Shown piece after piece: positions 29,902 through 38,300 of a DNA stretch of 64,000 nucleotides (the stretch's first letter is position 1; every line of letters begins with the position of its first letter). This DNA is from a bacterium. Its GTDB lineage: Bacteria; Electryoneota; Electryoneia; Electryoneales; Electryoneaceae. The position numbers were made by a program, and so were the translations under genes. The notes under the pieces are model-generated. The model did no database searches and had not been told where the DNA came from. It saw only the letters and a list, made by a program, of their open reading frames with translations. The stretch covers positions 3,104,001-3,168,000 of the forward strand of contig OY769902.1 in the NCBI GenBank assembly GCA_963669175.1, in the 5' to 3' direction.

Positions 29902-31263
29902 ATGGGCAGTTTCGTCAACGAAATCATGGAAATCGTGAAGGCCAAAGATCCGGCACAGCCCGAATTCCATCAAGCAGTCCAGGAAGTAGTCGAGTCTCTC
30001 GAACTCGTCATGGAGAAGCACTCGATTTATCGTCAGATGAAAGTCATGGAACGGATCATTGAGCCGGAACGTGCGTTCCAGTTCCGTGTACCGTGGGTTG
30101 ACGACGCTGGTGACATCCAGGTCAACCGTGGCTTCCGCGTTGAAATGAATAGCGCGATTGGTCCGTACAAGGGCGGTCTTCGTTTCCACCCGTCGGTCAA
30201 TCTCGGCATCCTCAAGTTCCTCGCCTTTGAACAGGTCTTCAAGAACAGCCTGACCACACTTCCGATGGGTGGTGGTAAGGGTGGTTCAGACTTTGATCCC
30301 AAGGGCAAGAGCGATATCGAAGTGATGCGTTTTACCCAGAGCTTCATGAGCGAACTGTTCCGTCACATCGGCCCGAACACCGACGTCCCGGCTGGCGACA
30401 TCGGCGTTGGCGGTCGTGAGATCGGTTTCATGTACGGCCAGTACAAAAAGCTCCGCAATGAGTTCACCGGTGTTCTGACCGGGAAGGGCCTGAACTGGGG
30501 CGGCAGCCTGATTCGTCCGGAAGCTACCGGTTACGGTGCAGTATACTTTGCAGCGAACATGCTGGCGACCCGCAACGAGACCCTGGAAGGCAAGACCTGC
30601 CTCGTCTCCGGCGCCGGTAACGTCTATCAGTACACCACAGAGAAGATTCTTGACCTCGGCGGCAAGGTTGTCACCGTTTCCGATAGCGGCGGCTACGTCT
30701 TTGACGGCGATGGCATCGACCGTGAAAAGCTGGCGTTCATCATGGAACTGAAGAACGTGAAGCGCGGCCGTATTTCCGAATACGCCGAAAAGTACCCGAG
30801 TGCTCAGTACTTCCCGGTGGATTCCGCTCTCGATCACAACCCGCTGTGGGATCACAAAGCCGACTGCGCGTTCCCGAGCGCAACCCAGAACGAAATCAAC
30901 GCGAAGGACGCTGCGAATCTGCTGAAGAACGGTGTCTACGTTGTTTCTGAAGGCGCGAACATGCCGACCGTCCCGGATGGTGTCGAGCAGTTCGTCAAGG
31001 CCGGTATCCTGTACGGCCCGGGCAAGGCTGCCAATGCTGGTGGTGTGGCAGTTTCCGGTCTGGAAATGAGCCAGAACAGCCTGCGCTTGAGCTGGACACG
31101 TGAAGAAGTCGACAACCGTCTCGCCGGCATCATGAAGAGCATCCATGACAACAGCGCCGCGGCCGCCGAAGAATATGGCACGCCCGGCAACTATGTCAAT
31201 GGCGCCAACATCGCCGGCTTCCTGAAGGTCGCCGACTCCATGCTGGATCAGGGTGTTGTCTGA
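29902..31263 (+). CDS. gdhA: Glutamate dehydrogenase (GdhA family)
   Basis: Motifs GPYKGGLRFHP, MGGGKGGSDFDP, DVPAGDIGVG, RPEATGYG, EGANMP and KAANAGGVAVSGLEM. Confidence 0.97.
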   Translation: MGSFVNEIMEIVKAKDPAQPEFHQAVQEVVESLELVMEKHSIYRQMKVMERIIEPERAFQFRVPWVDDAGDIQVNRGFRVEMNSAIGPYKGGLRFHPSVNLGILKFLAFEQVFKNSLTTLPMGGGKGGSDFDPKGKSDIEVMRFTQSFMSELFRHIGPNTDVPAGDIGVGGREIGFMYGQYKKLRNEFTGVLTGKGLNWGGSLIRPEATGYGAVYFAANMLATRNETLEGKTCLVSGAGNVYQYTTEKILDLGGKVVTVSDSGGYVFDGDGIDREKLAFIMELKNVKRGRISEYAEKYPSAQYFPVDSALDHNPLWDHKADCAFPSATQNEINAKDAANLLKNGVYVVSEGANMPTVPDGVEQFVKAGILYGPGKAANAGGVAVSGLEMSQNSLRLSWTREEVDNRLAGIMKSIHDNSAAAAEEYGTPGNYVNGANIAGFLKVADSMLDQGVV

Positions 31264-31287
31264 TCCTTGCTGTACCTGACAGATTCT

Positions 31288-31320
31288 ACGCGGGGCGGGG
31301 TTTTCCGTCCCGCGTTTTTT
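31288..31320 (+). terminator. Terminator after gdhA
   Basis: Stem ACGCGGGGCGG/CCGTCCCGCGT followed by a T tract. Confidence 0.85.
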
Positions 31321-31478
31321 GATCAGAAGTACAATTGCTTTTGCTCAGAAAGTCTGTCGTAGACGTACGCACGGAGGTTGTTCAACAGCAGAAAATGCTT
31401 GCTGTAACATTGCATTGTGTCGCATCTTTATTGATGCTCGAACATTCAGAATACCTGTAGCCATAATACGGGGGGATC

Positions 31479-34466
31479 ATGCCAGGCGGTGATCAGAGCA
31501 GTAAGATGGAACTGAACTTCAGCGACATTGCCAGTCCGATTCGTGGATTCCAGAACCTGATGCGGAATCGTGTCCACGAGATCCTCCTCGTATCCAGCCT
31601 GTATGATTCTTTCATCCTGTCCCAGGATGGGCATTTGAATGTGATGATGATCGGTGAATTCACCGACATGAACCTGTATCACACTCCGAACCTGACCCGT
31701 GTTTCCAGCAGTGCGGAAGCCTTGGAAGCGGTTCATTACGGGCCACGTTTTAACCTGATTATTACCACCTCCAATATTGGTGAAATGCACGGGCTTGAAT
31801 TCGCACGGACCTTAAAAGCTGAGAACCGTCGTGTGCCTATAGTGCTACTGGCTTATGACCAGCAGGAAGTCAATGAGTTGATTGAACGGTATGATACGTC
31901 GGCTTTGGATCACATTTTCCTCTGGCAGGGTGATTTTACGGCTTTACTGGCTATCGTAAAACTGGCCGAGGATAAGAAGAATGTGGACCATGACACGCAT
32001 ATGATGGGGGTGCAGACAATTTTGCTGGTAGAGGACAATGTTAAGTTCTATTCTGCGTATCTGCCGGCAATTTATACGGAAGTAATGAAGCAGTCACAGA
32101 ACCTGATCAGCGAAGGTTTGAACCTGCCGGACAAGCTGCTGCGTATGCGTGCGCGTCCCAAGATTCTCCACGCTACCACGTACGAACAGGCATGGGAATA
32201 TTACACCCGTTATGAAGAGTATATGCTGGGTGTATTGACGGATATTGAATTCCTGCATGGCGGGAAAAAGGATTCGCGTGCAGGTGTTGAATTGGCGCAA
32301 CAGATGCGGAAACGTCGTCCCGAATTGCCTATTCTGATGCAGTCTTTTGATGGGTCAAACGCTGAACGAGCTCAAGAAGTCGGAGCGAATTTCGCAAAGA
32401 AGAATTCACCCACCTTGCTCAAGGAATTACGTGCATTCATGATGAGTAATTTCGGGTTTGGCGATTTCATCTTCAGGAAACAGGAAGGCGGGGAAGAGCT
32501 GGATCGTGCGGTTGATCTGCGATCCCTGCAAACGAAACTTCAAACTGTGCCGGCAGAGTGCCTGGTGTATCATGGGCAACGTGATCACTTTTCAACCTGG
32601 TTGAAGGCGCGGACTGAATTCGACCTGGCCCAGAAATTAAAACCGAGGAAGGTGGAAGATTACGGATCTCCGGAAGATCTTCGTCTGGAACTGATCGAGT
32701 CACTGGGGACATTTCGCCAGGAACGACGGCGTGCGCTGGTAACCGATTTCGATCCGATCAATTTTGAAGCCAGCGGAACCTTCGCAGTTATTGGCGAGGG
32801 ATCGCTTGGCGGGAAGGCGCGAGGATTGGCTTTCGCTAACAGGTTGATCGAGTTGAGTGGGCTTAGAGATGAATTCAGTGACATTGAGATCAGTGTTCCA
32901 CCTACAGTTGTGCTTAGTACCGATATCTTCGACAAGTTCATGGAAGCAAATGATTTGTGGGAGTTTGCGCTACACTGCGAGGATGATGAGAAGCTGACAG
33001 AGAGATTCTTGCAGGCAGAATTACCTGAAGCGATTGAAGCCAACCTGCGCTTCCTGACTGAGCTGATGGATTGCCCCCTGGCGGTACGTTCCTCAAGCTT
33101 GCTGGAAGATTCGCAATACCAGCCTTTTGCCGGTGTTTACGAGACGTTCATGCTGGCGAATGATCATCCAGATCCCACACGGCGAATAGACATTCTCGCT
33201 GAAGTAATCAAACGGATTTACTGTTCAACCTTCAAGACCGTATCAAAACGCTATATAAAGGCCACGGCATATCGTCTTGAAGAAGAGAAAATGGCGGTGA
33301 TGATCCAGAGCGTGGTGGGGGCGCCTCATGAGGATCGTTTTTACCCGGATGTTTCCGGTGTGGCCAAATCACATAATTTTTATCCTGTCAGGAAGATGAA
33401 ATCCAGTGATGGTGTGGCCATGGTGGCGCTGGGACTTGGGGCTACGGTTGTTGACGGCGGGAAAGTGATTCGTTTCTGTCCACGCTATCCGAAACATATG
33501 CACCAGTTTGGTACGGTTGATGATTACCTGGATAATACGCAACGTGAATTCTACGCGCTGAAATTGCACGATGAAGTCAAGGAAGGTATGTCGCGTATCA
33601 CGCCACAGTTGTTTGACCTCAGTGTAGCCGAAAAGGATAACACGCTTCATCGTGTTGCGTCGGTGTATTCGCCTGACAACGAGGCGGTATATGATGGGTT
33701 ATCGCGCAAGGGTGTGCGCCTTGTAACATTCGCTCCTATCCTGAAACATAACCTCTTTCCATTACCTGAAATTGTGCGATCCCTGCTTGAGCTTGGGGCG
33801 CACGGAATGGGGCGTGCGGTAGAACTGGAATTTGCGGTTAATCTCTCTACACCCCGTGGAAAACCCAAAGAATTCATGTTATTGCAGATGCGTCCGATGG
33901 TACTCCAGAACGAAATGGAAGAGTTGGACTTCGGCGCTGTCAGGGAAAAGAACCTGCTGTGTCGAAGCAAGAATGTGTTGGGGATGGGAAAGGTAGATAC
34001 GATCAGAGATATTGTCCTGGTGGACCGTGAGAAGTACGACCGTGCAGATTCCCGAAGAGTGGCAGACATTGTTGGCAAAATGAATGGCAAGTTGATGAGG
34101 GAAAACAGGCCGTATTTGCTGATAGGGGTGGGGCGTTGGGGATCATCCGACCCGTTCCTTGGCATTCCTGTTCACTGGGGGCAGATTGCCGGCGCCCGGG
34201 TGATTGTTGAGACCGGCTTCAAAGATATGAAGGTCACTCCCTCGCAGGGGGCGCATTTTTTCCATAACCTGACCGCGTTCAGAGTTGGCTATTTCACCGT
34301 GAATCCGGACAAAGGCGATGGCATGCTTGACTGGGAGTGGCTGAAGAATGCCCCCGTAGTTGAAGAGGACGATCCTGTCAGGCATCTCCGCTTCATTCAG
34401 CCACTGGAAATCAAGATGAACGGCAAGAATAACGCAGGTATTATCAGCAAGCCCCCAAAGAGGTAG
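31479..34466 (+). CDS. Receiver-like domains fused to a PEP/pyruvate-binding (PPDK_N/PpsA-like) ATP-grasp domain
   Basis: REC-like ILLVEDN...GVLTDIEF; kinase motifs GSLGGKARGL, LAVRSSSLLED..FAG and ELEFA..LQMRP; C-terminal PSQGAHFF. Confidence 0.85.
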   Translation: MPGGDQSSKMELNFSDIASPIRGFQNLMRNRVHEILLVSSLYDSFILSQDGHLNVMMIGEFTDMNLYHTPNLTRVSSSAEALEAVHYGPRFNLIITTSNIGEMHGLEFARTLKAENRRVPIVLLAYDQQEVNELIERYDTSALDHIFLWQGDFTALLAIVKLAEDKKNVDHDTHMMGVQTILLVEDNVKFYSAYLPAIYTEVMKQSQNLISEGLNLPDKLLRMRARPKILHATTYEQAWEYYTRYEEYMLGVLTDIEFLHGGKKDSRAGVELAQQMRKRRPELPILMQSFDGSNAERAQEVGANFAKKNSPTLLKELRAFMMSNFGFGDFIFRKQEGGEELDRAVDLRSLQTKLQTVPAECLVYHGQRDHFSTWLKARTEFDLAQKLKPRKVEDYGSPEDLRLELIESLGTFRQERRRALVTDFDPINFEASGTFAVIGEGSLGGKARGLAFANRLIELSGLRDEFSDIEISVPPTVVLSTDIFDKFMEANDLWEFALHCEDDEKLTERFLQAELPEAIEANLRFLTELMDCPLAVRSSSLLEDSQYQPFAGVYETFMLANDHPDPTRRIDILAEVIKRIYCSTFKTVSKRYIKATAYRLEEEKMAVMIQSVVGAPHEDRFYPDVSGVAKSHNFYPVRKMKSSDGVAMVALGLGATVVDGGKVIRFCPRYPKHMHQFGTVDDYLDNTQREFYALKLHDEVKEGMSRITPQLFDLSVAEKDNTLHRVASVYSPDNEAVYDGLSRKGVRLVTFAPILKHNLFPLPEIVRSLLELGAHGMGRAVELEFAVNLSTPRGKPKEFMLLQMRPMVLQNEMEELDFGAVREKNLLCRSKNVLGMGKVDTIRDIVLVDREKYDRADSRRVADIVGKMNGKLMRENRPYLLIGVGRWGSSDPFLGIPVHWGQIAGARVIVETGFKDMKVTPSQGAHFFHNLTAFRVGYFTVNPDKGDGMLDWEWLKNAPVVEEDDPVRHLRFIQPLEIKMNGKNNAGIISKPPKR

Positions 34467-34486
34467 ATGCCATTATTTATAACAGA

Positions 34487-34978
34487 TCAGTGATTGCCGT
34501 TCTTGTTGTCATTGTGGATCTGTCTGATTTTCGGGCCGAGAATATGCTTTTCAAACAGGCTGATGACCAGGAGAAGCAATACAATTCCGACAGATAGAAT
34601 GAACCCGGGCAGCATATAGCCTAATCCAATGATCATTCCGATTCCAGCCGCAACCCAGATGGTCGCTGCAGTCGTTAAACCTCGTATTTTATCCTGCGAC
34701 ATCAGGATTGTTCCTGCGCCAATAAAACCGATACCGGAAACAATTTGAGCAGCGATTCGACCGGGATCGCTGACATAGCTGACAACGCCATTCAGGTCTT
34801 TCGAAAGACCGACGATGAGTGACAGGATCATGAACAGACATGCCCCAAGAGTGATCAGGGTGATGGTCTTGAGGCCCGCTGCTTTCTGACGGAATTCACG
34901 TTCAAAACCAATCAATGCTCCAGCCAGGATGGCTACCAGCAGTCTTTCACCAATTATTAGCCAGTGTTCAAACGTCAT
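34487..34978 (-). CDS. MgtC/SapB family membrane protein
   Basis: Motifs IGFERE..KAAGLKT, RIAAQIVSGIGFIGAG and GLTTAATIW. Confidence 0.92.
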   Translation of the reverse strand: MTFEHWLIIGERLLVAILAGALIGFEREFRQKAAGLKTITLITLGACLFMILSLIVGLSKDLNGVVSYVSDPGRIAAQIVSGIGFIGAGTILMSQDKIRGLTTAATIWVAAGIGMIIGLGYMLPGFILSVGIVLLLLVISLFEKHILGPKIRQIHNDNKNGNH

Positions 34979-35335
34979 GTGCTAACCTCTTTGTTTTCTT
35001 TACCATGTATGATACTGCTAAAATGATCAACAGTGCAAATATCTGCATAGTGAGTTGTGAGAATCTTCGTAGGGTTCATATAAACAAAAATATACGAACA
35101 CACTTGTGTCATTTGTGACGCTATCCTCGGAGGGCAGAAAGACCTCAGGAGACTCTCTCTCTATTAATAGTACTTTTTTTTCCGAGAACGCCTCTACTTA
35201 CAGAGCATCTAACAGAGGCTTGTATTATTTTAACCAGCTAAATGAGAAGTCCACCGGATCGTACAGAAGTTTCAGTTCTTTTCATAAACGGCCTGGACAA
35301 CAGGTGAGCCCGCATTGATTTGGAGGGACAGAAAG

Positions 35336-38300
35336 ATGCGAAGATGTGCCGTGGTGTTGTTGATGTTGGCTTTGGTGGGACTAGCCACTGCTTCCGAAAC
35401 TGCTTCCTTAACCGACCAAACCATCCAACCTTTGCAAGTAGTCAACAGACAGATTACAGATTCCGGGATCAGTCTGACGCTTGAGGTTGGCGAACCGATG
35501 TGGATTTCCGTTGATGCCGAAAACGGCGATCAACTCGAGATGGCCTCATATCCCTTAAGTGGCTACATCTCAGAAGATGGTATGCCGGCTGTCCCGGTAG
35601 CTTCTTCACTTTTCAGGATTCCACCACGCAGTGGTGTATCTGTTGAGATTATCGAGGCAGAATACGAGACTTATTCAGATGTTGAATATGCCTCTATGTA
35701 TACCGAGGAACTTGACGACGGCATCAACGAGATTTACAGGCGAGCAAATGCCGAAGATCGCTGGTTCCCGGGCAACCTGGCTGAAGCAGGCGAGCCGGCA
35801 ATCTTCCACGATTTCCGTGTTACCAACCTGTTGACCTATCCTGTCCAGGTGAACCCTGCCAGACGTGAAGTACGCGTGTATTCAAATATCAGAGTCCAGA
35901 TCACCTACGAAGGTGTTGATGAACGTAACGCCCTTGAGGACTGGCCCACCCGGATCAGCCGTTCCATGGTCCCCAAGTACGAGGCATTCCTTGATTGGGA
36001 GCTGGATGAGCTGAACGACTACGAATTTTATGATGGCAATGTCCAAGTTGTCATGGTTGATGATGATGCTCTCTGGGCCGCGATGGAAGACTGGTTTACC
36101 TGGAAACGGGAAAAGGGCTGGAAGCTCGATTTTATTCACCCTGCCGATGTTGGCACCTGGTCCGCAGCAAACATTCGCGCAGAACTGATCGAACGCTACA
36201 ACAACAATCCTGACAAGTTTGATTACATCGTTATCATTGGTGACGACCAGGGTTCCTTTGCTGTTCCCCCCGGATCTGGCAGCAGTGGCTACGGCGCTGG
36301 TGACCAACCCTACAGTTGTATTGTTGGTGATGATAACCTGGCTGATATCGGTATTGGTCGTATTTCAATACAGACAGTGGCCCAGGCTGTTGCTTACCAG
36401 CAAAAAGTACTCACGTACGAACGCGATGTTGATTTTGACAATACCGACTGGTATTTGCGTGGAATGCTGAACCGGGCCGACACCCATGCCGGTATCAGCA
36501 AGGTCATCATGCTTCGTTATTACAAATATCTCATGTTACAACATCTCGGCTTCACCCAGGTTGATACGGTGATGTGGGGTAATGGCGATAACTTTGCCAT
36601 GCAGCGTATTGATGATGGCGTCAGTTTCTACGGCGGGCGCGGCTATTTGGGATATGGTCTAAGCACTGGCGAAATAGCTCAGCTCGAAAATGACAATATG
36701 ACCCCTGTTGTTATTGATGTGACCTGCGGAACGGGAAACTGGTCGCAAGGGACATCCATCAGCGAAGCCTACATGCTGGCAGGAACAGTGCAAGCTCCTC
36801 GTGGTGGTGTAGTTGCCATGTCCATGGCGACATCAGGAACCCGCCCGGACTTCAACAATGTTCTGTCCGGAGCATCCGGCTGGTCCATGCTGCAAATGCA
36901 ATGGCCGACACCGGGTGACATGATGCTTGCCGGTAAGATTAACGGCTGGGTGAACTACCACGGGCATAACGATGCTACGTTGAACAGCTTCCTTCAGTGG
37001 TACAACCTGATGGGTGACCCGCTTGTTTACATCTGGACAGATATTCCCCACGAACTGGATGTTGATGCTCCTGCAAGCATGGTTCTGGGGCAGCATGAGT
37101 ATTCAGTCATCGTGACCGAGGATGGCGAACCGGTTGTTGATGCCTGGGTTACCTTCCTGAAAGAATCCGGCGGTGACAATATTCAGGTTTCCAAGTACAC
37201 AGACGAGACCGGTTCAGTAACATTCTATCCTGAAGTTGGTGGCGCCGGTGAGGCAAAACTGACTGTAACAAAGTACAATTGTGCGCCAGTGCAGGTTGAT
37301 GTTGCTGTTAGCGCCTTTAATGCTACTGTTGGCTGGGATGGCATCACAATCATAGACAATGGTGTCGGCGGCACTATTGGCGATGGTGATGGTATTCCGG
37401 AAGCTGGGGAACGTGTTGGTCTGCAAATGCTGCTGAAGAACTATGGTGGCGCTGAAGCAACCGACATCAGCATCACCGGTGATTCGGACGATCCCTACAT
37501 CAACGATGTATACGGTTCTGTCAGTCTTGGCTCGCTGAGTCCCAACCAGTCTTCGCAAGGTAGCGGTATGGTTATCGTTGATATCGCAGACTTCGCGCAG
37601 GACAGATGGCTTGCCATTATTAACCTTGCCATCGAAACTGACGATGGTACAGTTGAGGATGCCTACCAGCTTACCCTCAATGCTCCCAACTTTGTGATTA
37701 CCCAGGTTACGCTTTCAGGAGATTTACAGCCCGGACAGTCACGTGAGGCTATCTTGACGGTTGGCAATATCGGTGGCAGCGATGCAACTGCCGGTACCGC
37801 CTTGTTTGTCAGCCGCGATCCATGGTTGCGTGTTACCCAGTATAATGGTACTGTCCCGGCTTTGGATATCAATAGCGCTGGTGTCAGTTCAAGTTTCCAG
37901 GTTGAAGCGCTTGTTGGAAGCTTCCCGGGCTATGAGGCGAAAGCCATGTTGCTGGTAACCACTGAAACCGGTCAGGTTGATACTGCATACACGACAGTAC
38001 TTTTCGGTACACGTGAAGAGAGCGATCCGATTGGCCCGGACAACTACGGTTACATGGGATTTGACAACATCGATACCGATTGGGACTATGCTCCTGTGTA
38101 CGATTGGGTAGAGATTAACCCGGATGCACCCAACAACGACTATTCAGGCATTGCGCTGGATATTTCGGACCTTGCGGAAAATGATGAAGATGAAGACATG
38201 GGTGTAACCCTGGATCTGGAAGAAATTGCATTCCCGATTCAGTATTACGGCGAGACCTTCACAGAGATTTCCGTTCATAGTAACGGTACCGTTGCTATGG

